NCBI GenBank assembly: GCA_963822965.1
Contig: CAWGJT010000010.1
Location: 256,001 to 320,000, forward strand
Length of the DNA: 64,000 bases
Direction: 5' to 3'
From: an uncultured delta proteobacterium
GTDB taxonomy: Bacteria; Myxococcota_A; UBA9160; UBA4427
Made by a program: the position numbers and the translations under genes. The notes beneath the pieces were generated by a model. It worked only from the letters and a program-made list of their open reading frames with translations, searched no databases and had not been told where the DNA came from. Within the stretch, counting starts at the first letter, position 1; each line of letters begins with the position of its first letter. Below, one piece after another: positions 49,799-59,935 of this stretch.

Positions 49799-50688
49799 CA
49801 GTCGAGCGCCGTGATCTCGAAGCGCAGCGCTCCGGGCTCGCCGGCGACGAGGTCGAGCTTCACCCGGGCGCCTGCGCTCCGGCCGCCGGCTTCCCGGGCC
49901 AGGCGACGCGCGGTCTCGAAGAGCTCGGCCAGCAGCTCCGGCGAGGCGTCGTCCAGGCACGCGCCGGGCGCGACGGGCTCGACGAGGATGCGCTCCCGGG
50001 CGCCGGGCGCGGAGACCCGGCTAACGCGCACCTGGCCGGTCTTCGAGAGGACCTCGGGCTGCACGCGATCGACCGGCTGGAACCAGGCGGGGTCCATCAG
50101 GTCCGGGGTGTCGTCGTCGAGATCGCGGGCCAGGCTCGCCTGCTTGGCCGGCTCGAGCTCCGTCTCGTATCGATAGTGGGGATGGTCGATGCGCAGGCTG
50201 GCGGGCGTTCCGGACCGCAGGGCCCGGGCGTGCGCCGGGGAGAGCGAGAAGCGGAGGTAGTGGACGGCGGAGATCCGGTCGGCGTCCATCTGGCGTGTGT
50301 CGAAGCGCGCGAACACCGGCTCGAGGCCTTCGAGGACGAGTGCCACGTGCTCGTCGATGCCGATCAGACGGTCGAGTGCGGGCTGGATCTGGTCGAGCTC
50401 GGGAATCTCGATGAACAGCGTGGCGGAGAGCTCGTCCGGTCCGGGGACGAGCTCATTGTAGACGTCCACCTCGACCTGGACCTTCTCCGGATCGGTCGTG
50501 CGCTCGACCCGGGTCATCTCCTGGATCTGGTAGCGAAGGGTCTCCCGATCCTCGAACAGGAGCGTCACCTGGGGACCGACGGAGATCCGGCGCTGCCTCT
50601 TGTGCTCGATCACCTGCGGACGGTAGACGTCCCGCACCCGCTCGTAGCGGGCGAGGTCGAGGATGTCCTCGCGCCGCAGGGGCCTCAC
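49798..50688 (-). CDS. DUF3501 family protein with extra C-terminal domain
   Basis: LLFEDRETLRYQIQEMTRVE, YNELVP, LSATLFIE, SAVHYLRF; about 95 extra residues. Confidence 0.8.
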   Translation of the reverse strand: MRPLRREDILDLARYERVRDVYRPQVIEHKRQRRISVGPQVTLLFEDRETLRYQIQEMTRVERTTDPEKVQVEVDVYNELVPGPDELSATLFIEIPELDQIQPALDRLIGIDEHVALVLEGLEPVFARFDTRQMDADRISAVHYLRFSLSPAHARALRSGTPASLRIDHPHYRYETELEPAKQASLARDLDDDTPDLMDPAWFQPVDRVQPEVLSKTGQVRVSRVSAPGARERILVEPVAPGACLDDASPELLAELFETARRLAREAGGRSAGARVKLDLVAGEPGALRFEITALD

Positions 50689-51995
50689 GGGCGCAGGGCT
50701 CCCTCGCCGTCCGCGAGCCCGTAGGCGCGGTGCAGCAGCCGGATCGGGTGGACCGCCTCGCGCCCCGTGCGCTGCTGGATGCGAAGCGCCGCCAGCGGAC
50801 AGTCCGTGGCCACCTGCTCGGGCTCGGCGCCTTCGATGCGGGTCACCAGCTTGTCCGCGACGCCCTGGGATTCCTCCCAGAATCGCGCCTGCATTCCCCA
50901 GGTCCCGTCGACGCCCGAGCACGCGTCGATCAGCTCCACGTCGGCCCCGGCGAGCTTGAGGAGCGCACGCGTGGGGAAGCCCACGTTCTGGGCACGCAGA
51001 TGGCAGGGCGCGTGGTAGGCCACCCGGCCGAGGGGGTGCGGGAACTCGCGGTCGAGCGTCTTCGCCTTGCCGAGGGCGAACAGGTACTCCATCAGGTCGC
51101 GGATCGCGCCCGCGACCCGCTCCGCCTCCGGCGTGCCGAGGAGCTTCGGGTACTCGTGCTTCATCAGCAGCGAGCAGGAAGGACCCGGGACCAGGATCTC
51201 GGCGCCCGATTCGACGTGGGGCAGCAGGGCGGCCACGTTGCGGGCGGCGTTGCGCCGCGCGCTCTCGAGGTCTCCGGTGTCGGTGAAGGGCATGCCGCAG
51301 CAACGGTCATAGGAGAGGTCCACCGCGACGCCGTTGTGCTCGAGCACCTCGACGGCCGCCCGGCCGGTCCCGGGATCGTTGTAGTTCACGCTGCAGGTGG
51401 GGAAGAGCACGGCCCGGCGCGTCGGCTCCGCCGGGCGCGGGGTTGGCGCGCGGCCCGCCCACCAGTCCTCGACGGTCTCGCCATGATACGTGGGCTGGAG
51501 CCAGTCCCGATGGATGCCGACGGTCTTCTCCATCATGACCCGGGAGAAGCGGTTCCGGTTGGCGCCGTTCATGAGCGCCGGGGCGGCGCGTCCGAGCTTG
51601 CCCAGCAGGTCGGTCCGGGTGGTGAGCTTGCGGGCGAGGGGGACACCGTCGCGCTTCGCGCGCACGAGCTGGTGGCGGCGCATCAGCTTCGGGAAATCGA
51701 CGTCCCACTCGTGGGGAGGCGCGTAGGGGCAGTGGTTGAAGCAGGCCACGCAGTGGAAGCACAGCTCGTTGACCGCGTCGAAGCCTTGCATGTCGACCCC
51801 CGCGATCTCGGCGTCGGTCGCGTCGACCAGCTCGAAGAGCTTGGGGAAGGAGGGGCACAGGGGCAGGCAGCGGCGACACTGGTGGCAGACGTCGCCCACC
51901 CGGCGCAGCTCCGTCTCGAGACGCGTCTCGTTCCAGTAGTCCGGATCGTCGTAGTCCCACGCGGCGGTGGGCGTCTCGGGCGGCGGAACCTGCAT
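50685..51995 (-). CDS. Fe-S oxidoreductase (GlpC/HdrD-like, 4Fe-4S + CCG domains)
   Basis: [44 protein letters not shown]. Confidence 0.85.
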   Translation of the reverse strand: MQVPPPETPTAAWDYDDPDYWNETRLETELRRVGDVCHQCRRCLPLCPSFPKLFELVDATDAEIAGVDMQGFDAVNELCFHCVACFNHCPYAPPHEWDVDFPKLMRRHQLVRAKRDGVPLARKLTTRTDLLGKLGRAAPALMNGANRNRFSRVMMEKTVGIHRDWLQPTYHGETVEDWWAGRAPTPRPAEPTRRAVLFPTCSVNYNDPGTGRAAVEVLEHNGVAVDLSYDRCCGMPFTDTGDLESARRNAARNVAALLPHVESGAEILVPGPSCSLLMKHEYPKLLGTPEAERVAGAIRDLMEYLFALGKAKTLDREFPHPLGRVAYHAPCHLRAQNVGFPTRALLKLAGADVELIDACSGVDGTWGMQARFWEESQGVADKLVTRIEGAEPEQVATDCPLAALRIQQRTGREAVHPIRLLHRAYGLADGEGALRP

Positions 51996-52016
51996 GCGTG
52001 GCGTTCCCCCAGAGTG

Positions 52017-52053
52017 CGAGATGGGTGGCGGGCAGAGCCCGCCACCCATCTCG
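52017..52053. other. 17-bp perfect hairpin between rubrerythrin and the Fe-S gene
   Basis: CGAGATGGGTGGCGGGC-AGA-GCCCGCCACCCATCTCG; no U-tract. Confidence 0.8.
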
Positions 52054-52071
52054 GATCCGATCGCGAGGCTG

Positions 52072-52497
52072 CTAGAGCTCTTCGAGATTGTCCTTCGCGT
52101 TCTGGAAGCGGCCCGCGTGGGACTTCTCGGCCTTCGCCAGCGTCTCGAACCAGTCGGCGACGTCGTCGAACTTCTCTTCCCGGGCGGTCTTGGCCATTCC
52201 CGGGTACATCTCCGTGTACTCGTAGGTCTCGCCCGCGACGGCGGCGTCGAGATTCTTCGACGTGTCCCCGATCGGCTTGCCGGTGGCGGGATCGCCCGCC
52301 GCCTTGAGGAAGTCGAGGTGCCCGTGGGCGTGCCCTGTCTCGGCCTCGGCGGTGTCGCGGAAGAGTCCGCCGACGTCGGGATAGCCTTCGATGTCCGCCT
52401 GCTTGGCGAAGTAGAGGTAGCGGCGATTCGCCTGGGACTCGCCGGCGAACGCTGCCTTGAGATTCTCGTGCGTCTTGCTGCCCTTGAGGTTGGCCAT
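52072..52497 (-). CDS. Rubrerythrin (short, no rubredoxin domain)
   Basis: [44 protein letters not shown]. Confidence 0.92.
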   Translation of the reverse strand: MANLKGSKTHENLKAAFAGESQANRRYLYFAKQADIEGYPDVGGLFRDTAEAETGHAHGHLDFLKAAGDPATGKPIGDTSKNLDAAVAGETYEYTEMYPGMAKTAREEKFDDVADWFETLAKAEKSHAGRFQNAKDNLEEL

Positions 52498-52689
52498 GGT
52501 CCCCTCTTTTCCTTCCCATTCCTTCGGTTCGACTTCGTTCGGTTCTTCTTCCGAAAAAAGCTCGTTTCGGTATCGATGTGCGGCGAGCCGCTGACTCGAC
52601 GCGTCCCGTCCGCCTCGCGGGGGGATCGGAAACGAGGCCGGAAGGTAGCTCGCCTGCGGGCCGGGTGGCACCTGCGAAAAGCACTCGGG

Positions 52690-53916
52690 TCAGCCCCGTG
52701 AGGCGCGGTCGAGGGCCTCGATCCGCGCGGCGTCGTATCCGAGCTCCTCGAGGATCTCGCGGTTGTGCGCACCCAGCGCCGGCGCCGGGCCGCGCACCCG
52801 CGTGGGGGTGCGGGAGAGCTTCGCGGCGGGGCCGACGACGGGCACCTCGCCCTCCGCGCCGTGTGTGGGCTGCAGCATGTCGCGCGCGCGTACGTGGGGA
52901 CAGGCGGCCGCCTCCGCATAGCTCCGCACCGGCGCCGCGGGGATTCCCTCGCGCGCGAAGCGTTCGACCAGCTCGCCGACGCTGTGCTGTGCGGCCCAAT
53001 CCGCGAGGAGGGTGTTCACCTCGGCCCGCCGGGCGATGCGCGCCGGCGCCGTCGCGTAGTCCGGATGGTCGGCCAGCTCGGGCCGTCCGATCAGCACGGC
53101 CAGGCGCTTCCAGTGCGAGTCGAGCAGCACGCCGGCCATCACGCGACCGTCGCGACAGCCGTAGGTGCGGGCCGGGGCGGCGATGCGGAACTCGTTGCCC
53201 AGCCGGGGCAGCTCGACCCCCATGGCGCCCAGGGTGAGATAGCCCGTGGACTGGAAGAGCATCGCGTCGAGCAGGGCCACGTCGACGTGCTGTCCCTCGC
53301 CCGTCCGGTCCCGGTGTCGGAGGGCCGCCAGCGTGGCGAGTGCTGCGTGCAGGCCCGCGAGGTCGTCGGCCAGAAAGGTCGGTGCTTTCACGGGCTCGCC
53401 GTCGGGGTCGCCGTTGAGCGAGAGGAACCCGCCGGCCGCCTGGGCGAGCGGGTCGTAGCCCACCTTCTCGCTGTCCGGCCCGAACTGCCCGTACCCGCTG
53501 ATGGACACGTAGACGAGATCGGGCTTCCGCGCCTTCAGGTGCCGGTAGCCGAGCCCCCATCCGTCCAGGGTGCCCGGACGGAAGTTCTCGACGAACACGT
53601 CGCTGCGCGCCACCAGATCTCGAACCGCCTCGCGCGCCGCCTCGTCGTGCAGGTCGAGCCGCAGGCTTCGCTTGTTGCGGTTCACGGTGGCGTGCATGAA
53701 CGACAGGGGCGGATCGGTGCCGGGCAGGGCAGGGGGCGAGCGGCGGGCGATCTCGCCGCCCGGCGACTCGACCTTGACGACGTCGGCGCCGAAGTCCGCC
53801 AGGATGCAGCCGCACATGGGGCCGGCCCACGTGGTGGTGGCCTCGACGACGCGGAGTCCCGCGAGCGGTCCCGTCAGGTCGCGGCGCGCGTCGCGGTAGA
53901 ACTCGCTCTTCTCCAC
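52690..53916 (-). CDS. CaiB/BaiF family III CoA-transferase
   Basis: [39 protein letters not shown]. Confidence 0.9.
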   Translation of the reverse strand: MEKSEFYRDARRDLTGPLAGLRVVEATTTWAGPMCGCILADFGADVVKVESPGGEIARRSPPALPGTDPPLSFMHATVNRNKRSLRLDLHDEAAREAVRDLVARSDVFVENFRPGTLDGWGLGYRHLKARKPDLVYVSISGYGQFGPDSEKVGYDPLAQAAGGFLSLNGDPDGEPVKAPTFLADDLAGLHAALATLAALRHRDRTGEGQHVDVALLDAMLFQSTGYLTLGAMGVELPRLGNEFRIAAPARTYGCRDGRVMAGVLLDSHWKRLAVLIGRPELADHPDYATAPARIARRAEVNTLLADWAAQHSVGELVERFAREGIPAAPVRSYAEAAACPHVRARDMLQPTHGAEGEVPVVGPAAKLSRTPTRVRGPAPALGAHNREILEELGYDAARIEALDRASRG

Positions 53917-54082
53917 GTGCTCCTCCCGGGCTCCGGGCCGCGGCGGCGGGCCGTCGGGCCGCCGGGATGGTAAACCTATCGGCCGTCGATCAGAACGCGC
54001 CCCGATCTCGTCGGCCGCCGGACGCGATCCGCGGCTGCAAGATCCCGCCGTCGGACCGTCCAGATCATAGAAGGAGCCCGCA

Positions 54083-54523
54083 TTGGACCTCGCTTCCCTG
54101 CTGACCGGATCCTCTCCCGCCCTGGCCGATCTCGGCCTGCTGCTCCTGCGCGTCTTCATCGGGGTCTGCTTCGTGACCCACGCGTGCGGCAAGCTCGGGC
54201 TGGTGGGGACGGGCAACATGGCCGGCTTCGCGGCCTGGCTTGCCGACCTGGGCGTCCCGTTCGCGACCCTCCAGGCCTGGGTGGCCATGTCTTCGGAGCT
54301 GGTCGGAGGCAGCCTGCTGACGCTGGGCCTGCTCACCCGGCCGGCGGCGCTGCTGCTGGTGGCTACGATGATCGTCGCGGGCAAGATCGGGCATCGTGGC
54401 GCCGGCTATCTCATCACGAACGATCCGCCGGGTGCCGAGTACACGATCAACCTCGCCGTGGTGTGCGCGGTGATCGCTCTCTTCGGTCCCGGGGGCTACT
54501 CGCTGGACGCGCTGGTGTTCTGA
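54083..54523 (+). CDS. DoxX family membrane protein
   Basis: GLLLLRV, ELVGG, GLLTR, GAEY, GPGGYSLD. Confidence 0.85.
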   Translation: MDLASLLTGSSPALADLGLLLLRVFIGVCFVTHACGKLGLVGTGNMAGFAAWLADLGVPFATLQAWVAMSSELVGGSLLTLGLLTRPAALLLVATMIVAGKIGHRGAGYLITNDPPGAEYTINLAVVCAVIALFGPGGYSLDALVF

Positions 54524-55332
54524 CCGCGCGTCGGACCGAAGCCGCGGGCCAGGGCCCGGGCGGCGGCCTGGCGCAGGGCGGGATCCCGGGCGTCGTGCGC
54601 GCTCTGCTCGAGCAGCGCCCGCACGACCGGCGTCTCCGCAGTCCCCCGCGAAGCCAGCTCGCCCAGGGCGAGCGCCGCCAGCCGGCGCGCGGCGGCATCC
54701 GCGTCGTCCCGCAGGACCGCCACGAGCCGCTCGGTCACGGCCGGCGGCGCGTCGCGCAGGGCGACCAGGGAGCCCAGCGCGGCCCGTCGTACCTCGCGGT
54801 CGGCGTCGCCGGTGGCCTCGAGCAGCGCCTGGGCGATGGCCTCGTCCTGGCCGGCCAGCTCCCGCAGGCAGAAGACGGCCATGCGGCGGACGACGGCGGC
54901 ATCCGCGCCGCGCGCGAGGCCGAGGGCGACGTGCAGGCCTTCGCCGCTCTGGCGGGCCAGGTCTACCAGCATGCGCGCCGCCGCCCAGCGCGTGTCCGGG
55001 TCGCCGGAGCCGAGGGCCTCGACCGTGGCGGGCAGCAGGCCGGTGTCGGGCGGGCCCAGGCGGGCCCGGGTGTAGGCCGCTCCCCAGCGGCCGCGCGGGT
55101 CGTCTCCGCGCAGCAGGCGGCGCAGCAGGTCGTCCACCTCCGGATGCCGCGGGGCCAGGGTCGCGAGCGCGTCCGACGCGGCCCGGGCGACGGCGCGCAC
55201 CGGGTCGCACAGGGCGCGGCCCAAGCCGTCCAGCAGCAACACCGCGGCCGGATCGTCCGCGACCTCCCGGCAGGCCGTGACGCGCACCGCAGGGTCGCGG
55301 TCCTGCAGGCGCGCGAGGAGGGGGTGGCTCAA
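54496..55332 (-). CDS. HEAT-repeat protein
   Basis: Repeated D..VR..A..AL units; TTG start overlaps upstream stop. Confidence 0.75.
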   Translation of the reverse strand: MSHPLLARLQDRDPAVRVTACREVADDPAAVLLLDGLGRALCDPVRAVARAASDALATLAPRHPEVDDLLRRLLRGDDPRGRWGAAYTRARLGPPDTGLLPATVEALGSGDPDTRWAAARMLVDLARQSGEGLHVALGLARGADAAVVRRMAVFCLRELAGQDEAIAQALLEATGDADREVRRAALGSLVALRDAPPAVTERLVAVLRDDADAAARRLAALALGELASRGTAETPVVRALLEQSAHDARDPALRQAAARALARGFGPTRGQNTSASSE

Positions 55333-56249
55333 TCCCGCCGCTGCCAGCGCGCCGCAGTCGGGTCGCCATCGGCGTCGCCGGTCCGTTCCACCCGCCCCTC
55401 GCGTTCGAGCTTCAGCAGGTGGGAGGTGACCGACTGTCCGGCGGCGGCGTGGAGCGCCTGGGGGTAGGCGGCGTAGACGATCGCGACGATCGCCGGAACC
55501 CGCTCCGCCCCCGAGCGCATGGCGGCCAGGATCTGCTGGTCCCGGGCGCGCCGATGATCGATGTACTCCTGGATCTTCGCGCGGCCGTCCTCGATGCAGG
55601 GACCGTGGGCGGGGTAGATGCGTCCCGGACGTTCGGCAAGGAGTCGCTCGAGGGAATCCATGTACTGCGCGAGGTCGCCGGACTGGGCGGGGATGATGGT
55701 CGTCCCCACGCCGAGCACGTTGTCTCCCGAGACGAGGCTTCCCTCCTCCTCGATCACGAAGCACAGGTGGTCCGGCGCGTGGCCCGGCGTGTGGATGGCG
55801 CGGAGGGTCGCGCCCTCGGTCTCGACGACGTCGCCGTCTCCGATTGGCGTGATCGCGAAGCCATAGCGCCCATCGAGCTCGGGCCAGGGCCGCTTCTTGA
55901 CCTCGAGGGCGCCGAAGCGCCGCATCACCTGCTCGCAGCCGCCGATGTGGTCGCCGTGGGCGTGGGTGAGGACGATCTCCTGGAGACCCTCGCAGCCGGT
56001 GAGATCCATGGCCTGCTCGAGGAACGGCAGGTACTCGTCGAGCCCCTGGCCGGTGTCGAGGAGGATGCGCCGGCGCCCGGTTCCGACCAGGTAGGTGTTC
56101 GTGCCGGGTCCCGTGAACGCGCTGGGGTTCTGTCCGAGCGCGACGGTGACCCGCTCGGACCAGACGGCGACGTCGGGCAGGGTCATGCCGAGCATGACGG
56201 GCGGCTTGTCGTCCCGTGCGGTCGTCGGCTCGTCGTCGTGTGCGGTCAT
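55329..56249 (-). CDS. Metallo-beta-lactamase fold hydrolase (LACTB2-like)
   Basis: NPSAFTGPGTNTYLVG, THAHGDH, TPGHAPDH, SGD, YPAHG, C-terminal winged helix. Confidence 0.85.
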   Translation of the reverse strand: MTAHDDEPTTARDDKPPVMLGMTLPDVAVWSERVTVALGQNPSAFTGPGTNTYLVGTGRRRILLDTGQGLDEYLPFLEQAMDLTGCEGLQEIVLTHAHGDHIGGCEQVMRRFGALEVKKRPWPELDGRYGFAITPIGDGDVVETEGATLRAIHTPGHAPDHLCFVIEEEGSLVSGDNVLGVGTTIIPAQSGDLAQYMDSLERLLAERPGRIYPAHGPCIEDGRAKIQEYIDHRRARDQQILAAMRSGAERVPAIVAIVYAAYPQALHAAAGQSVTSHLLKLEREGRVERTGDADGDPTAARWQRRD

Positions 56250-56263
56250 GGGGGCACGTCCGG

Positions 56264-57631
56264 CTACTCGCCGGCCACGGTCATGCGTTCGATGCGCAGG
56301 GCCGGGGAAGCCATGCTGCCGAGCCAGAGCAGCTCGCTGCCCACACGGTCGATGCCGCGCATCATGTCCTTGAAGTTCGCCGCGATGGTGATCTCCTCCA
56401 CCGGGTGGGCGATCTCGCCGTTCTCGATCCAGAGCCCGGCGGCGCCCCGGGAGTAGTCTCCCGTCACGGGATTGAAGCCCATGCCCATGAGCTCGGTGAC
56501 GAGCAGGCCGCGCTTCGTGTCGGCGATGATCTCGTCGGTGGTCAGCTCGCCCGGCTCGATCCACAGGTTCGTGGCGCCCACCCCCGGCGCGCTGCCGATG
56601 CCGCGGCTGGCGTTGCCCGTCGACGCCATGCCGAGCTTGCGGGCCGAGTAGGTGTCGAGGAGCCAGGTCTCGAGCCGACCGTTCTCGATTACGGACTTGC
56701 GCCGGGTGGGCAGGCCCTCTCCGTCGAACGGCTTGCTGCCGAGGCCTCCCGGCACCCGCCCGTCGTCGATGACGGTGACCAGATCGCTCGCCACCATCTC
56801 GCCCAGGAGGTCGGCCCAGCAGCTCTGGTGGCGATAGACCGCGTAGCCGCTGACGAGGCTCGCCGCCTGGCCGAGCAGGCCGCGGGCGGTGAGCGCGTCG
56901 AAGAGCACGGGGACTTCGCAGGTCTTGACCGGCCGGGCCCCCAGCTTGCGGATCGCCCGCGCCGCGGCCTTGCGGCCCACCGAGGCCGGGTCCTCGAGGC
57001 CGTCCAGACGCCGGCTCACGGTCATCCAGTAATCGCGCTGCTTGGAGCCGCCCGCCTCGGCGAGGGGCTCGGCGTAGAGCCCGTGGTTCGCCGAGGGATA
57101 GCCGCCGAGGAAGCCCGCCGTGTTGCCGTAGACGACGTCGTTGAAGTCCGAGCTCGCCTGGCTGCCCTCGGAATTCGTGATGCGCGGGTCGAAGTCCCGG
57201 GCCGCTTGCTCGGCCGTGCGCGCGTCCTCGATCCGCGCCTCGATGGACACCCCGCGATCGTCGGGGTTGGACAGCGCGAGATCCGGCAGGTCCTCCGCGA
57301 AGCCGCCGTCCGGCAGGCCGGCGGCGGGGTCGGGCGCCGTGGCCCGGGCCAGGGCGATCGTCTCGTCCACCATCTTCTCCACCGAAGCCGGATCCAGATC
57401 GCTGGTCGAGGTGGTGGCCGTGCGGGTGCCCTGGGCGTCCCGCACCAGCGCGCGGATTCCGAGCGCCCGCTCCCGCGCCTGCTTGACGAAGTCGATCTCG
57501 TCGCCCCGCACCCGGACCTCGTGCGAGTCGGACTCCACCAGCAGGACGTCTCCTGCGGCGCCGCCCTCGCGCAGGCGGGCCAGGGCCCGGGAGACGGTCT
57601 CGCGCAGGGGCTCCTTCGCCGGGACGCTCAT
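56264..57631 (-). CDS. pmbA: TldD/PmbA family protein, PmbA (TldE)
   Basis: PFDGEG, LLDTYSARKLG..STGNA, NPVTGDYSRGA.G, EITIA. Confidence 0.88.
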   Translation of the reverse strand: MSVPAKEPLRETVSRALARLREGGAAGDVLLVESDSHEVRVRGDEIDFVKQARERALGIRALVRDAQGTRTATTSTSDLDPASVEKMVDETIALARATAPDPAAGLPDGGFAEDLPDLALSNPDDRGVSIEARIEDARTAEQAARDFDPRITNSEGSQASSDFNDVVYGNTAGFLGGYPSANHGLYAEPLAEAGGSKQRDYWMTVSRRLDGLEDPASVGRKAAARAIRKLGARPVKTCEVPVLFDALTARGLLGQAASLVSGYAVYRHQSCWADLLGEMVASDLVTVIDDGRVPGGLGSKPFDGEGLPTRRKSVIENGRLETWLLDTYSARKLGMASTGNASRGIGSAPGVGATNLWIEPGELTTDEIIADTKRGLLVTELMGMGFNPVTGDYSRGAAGLWIENGEIAHPVEEITIAANFKDMMRGIDRVGSELLWLGSMASPALRIERMTVAGE

Positions 57632-59112
57632 CCCTGGGTGCCTCCCACGGTGAGGCCGTCGATCCGGATGGTGGGCATGCCCACGCCCACCGGAACGCCC
57701 TGACCGTCCTTGCCGCAGGTGCCCACCCCGTGGTCGAGCGCGAGATCGCTGCCGATCCGGCTCACCCGCTGCATCGCGTCGGGACCGTTGCCGATCAGGG
57801 TGGCGCCCTTCACGGGCGCCCCGATGCGGCCGTTCTCGATCCGGTAGGCCTCGTTGGCGCTGAAGACGAACTTCCCGCTGGTGATGTCCACCTGCCCGCC
57901 GCCGAAGGAGACCGCGTAGAGGCCCCGCGAGACGGACTTCACGATCTCCTCCGGGTCGTCCGTGCCGGCCAGCATGAAGGTGTTGGTCATGCGCGGCATC
58001 GGCAGGTGCGCGTAGCTCTCTCGACGGCCGTTGCCCGTGGGCGCCATGCCCATCAGGCGGGCGTTGAGGCGGTCCTGCATGTAGCCGACGAGGATGCCGT
58101 CCTCGATGAGGGTGGTGCGGCTGCTGGGCGTTCCCTCGTCGTCCACGTTCAGCGAGCCGCGTCGCTCCGCGAGGGTGCCGTCGTCGACGACGGTCACGCC
58201 GGGCGAGGCCACGCGCTGCCCGATGCGGTCCGAGAAGGCCGACGTCTTCTTGCGGTTGAAGTCGCCCTCCAGTCCGTGGCCCACCGCCTCGTGCAGCAGG
58301 ATTCCCGGCCAGCCGGGACCGAGCACCACGTCCATGGTTCCGGCCGGGCAGTCCTGGGCCTCGAGGTTCAGGGTGCCCTGGCGCACGGCCTCGTCCACCA
58401 ACGGTCTCCACGCCTCGGGTGTCAGCAGGCGCTCGAGCTCGTAGCGCCCGCCCATGCCCTGATAGCCGACCTCCATGCGCTTCCCGTCGGAGACGATCAC
58501 CTGCACGTTGAGCCGCACCAGGGGCCGCACGTCCCCGGCGAGACCGCCGTGGCTGTCGGCGACGAGCACGTAGCGGTGCTGGCAGACGACGCTGGCCATC
58601 ACCTCCTGGACGCGCGGGTCGAGGCCCCGGGCGTAGACGTCGATCTCACCGAGCAGATCGATCTTGCGGGCTACCGCCACCTCGGTGGGGGGGTGGGCGA
58701 CGGGATAGAGGTCGCGTCCGACGCGGCCCGCGTGAACCGGAACGCTCTGGGGATCGCGATTCTGGTCCGAGATGGCCCGGGCGGTGGCCGCTGCCAGCCG
58801 GACGCTCTCCACCGTGATCTCGTCCGAGTGCGCGTAGCCCTGCCGCTCGCCGCGCTGGGCGCGTACGCCGACGCCCTGGTCGATGTGGCGGCTGCCGCTC
58901 TTCACGATGCCCTCCTCGAGGGCCACCGAGTCGAGGGTGCTGTACTCGAAGAAGAGATCCGCGTACTCGACCTGTCGCTCGAGGGCGGTCCCGAGGGCCA
59001 GGGAGAGCGCGTGCTCGTCGAGGCCGAAGCGTTCTTCGAAGAAGTCCACGGCACCGCGGCCGGCGGGGGCGGGTGCCGGGGCGAGGGTGGCGTCGGGCGG
59101 GGTGCGGGTCAT
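57628..59112 (-). CDS. tldD: Metalloprotease TldD
   Basis: GWPGILLHEAVGHGLEGDFNRK, PRMTNT, GTCGKDGQGVPV. Confidence 0.93.
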   Translation of the reverse strand: MTRTPPDATLAPAPAPAGRGAVDFFEERFGLDEHALSLALGTALERQVEYADLFFEYSTLDSVALEEGIVKSGSRHIDQGVGVRAQRGERQGYAHSDEITVESVRLAAATARAISDQNRDPQSVPVHAGRVGRDLYPVAHPPTEVAVARKIDLLGEIDVYARGLDPRVQEVMASVVCQHRYVLVADSHGGLAGDVRPLVRLNVQVIVSDGKRMEVGYQGMGGRYELERLLTPEAWRPLVDEAVRQGTLNLEAQDCPAGTMDVVLGPGWPGILLHEAVGHGLEGDFNRKKTSAFSDRIGQRVASPGVTVVDDGTLAERRGSLNVDDEGTPSSRTTLIEDGILVGYMQDRLNARLMGMAPTGNGRRESYAHLPMPRMTNTFMLAGTDDPEEIVKSVSRGLYAVSFGGGQVDITSGKFVFSANEAYRIENGRIGAPVKGATLIGNGPDAMQRVSRIGSDLALDHGVGTCGKDGQGVPVGVGMPTIRIDGLTVGGTQG

Positions 59113-59198
59113 CGCGGCTCCATCGGCAAGGGATCGGGCTCCTTTGGATGCTCGGCAGGGTGGCTTCGGTGCGGGCGCTTCCGTGCGCCACTCGCTCG

Positions 59199-59252
59199 CG
59201 AATCCGCAGGATTCGTTCGCGGCGCAAGCCGACCCATCCCGGGTCGGCCTGC
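59199..59252. repeat. REP-like double-hairpin element, copy 2
   Basis: cgaatccgcaggattcg + gcaagccgacccatcccgggtcggcctgc. Confidence 0.8.
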
Positions 59253-59932
59253 TAGACCTTAGCGAGACGCGCCGGCAGCTCGGCGAAGTCCGACAGCTCG
59301 CGGACGTCGAGGAAGGCCATGCCGGCGCGCGCCGCGCCGGGACGGTCTCGTTCGGGGTCGTCGCCCACGTAGATCGCCCCGGTCCCGGGCACCCCGAGCG
59401 CCGCCAGGGCGGCCTCGAAGCCGCGCGGGTCGGGCTTCGCGGCGCCCAGCTCTCCGGTCAGGATTACGACCTCGAAAAAGCTCCTGATTTCGAGGCATTC
59501 GAGGATCCGGCTCAGGCGATGGTCGAAGTCGGAGACCACCCCCAGGCGAAGGTCCCCTGCGGCCAGCGCGGCGAGCGTCGGCCGGACGCCGGGCCGCAGC
59601 CGCCAGGTGCGCGCCGTCGCGTAGACCTCGAAGAGCTCGTCGAAGAGGCCGTCGAAGTCGTCGAACGCGACGGTCTGGTCCGCGGCGCGGAACGTGGCCC
59701 GCACGACGCTGCGCCACCAGGCGCGCTCGTGCGCGGGGACGTCCCGGGTCGGGGCGCCGGGAAATACCCGGGGCGCCTGCTGCGCCAGGATCCGCCGGAA
59801 GGCGTCCCCGATCCGCCAGGCGGGCAGCCGGACGCCGTGCGCCGCGGCGACCCGCGCATAGGTGTCGCCCACGGGCTCCACGAGCTCGATGAGGGTGCCC
59901 GTGGCGTCGAAGAGCACGGCCTGCCTGGGCAC
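59252..59932 (-). CDS. HAD-IA family hydrolase (REG-2-like)
   Basis: VLFDATGTL, VVSDFD, AKPD, YVGDD. Confidence 0.85.
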   Translation of the reverse strand: MPRQAVLFDATGTLIELVEPVGDTYARVAAAHGVRLPAWRIGDAFRRILAQQAPRVFPGAPTRDVPAHERAWWRSVVRATFRAADQTVAFDDFDGLFDELFEVYATARTWRLRPGVRPTLAALAAGDLRLGVVSDFDHRLSRILECLEIRSFFEVVILTGELGAAKPDPRGFEAALAALGVPGTGAIYVGDDPERDRPGAARAGMAFLDVRELSDFAELPARLAKV

Positions 59933-59935
59933 GCT

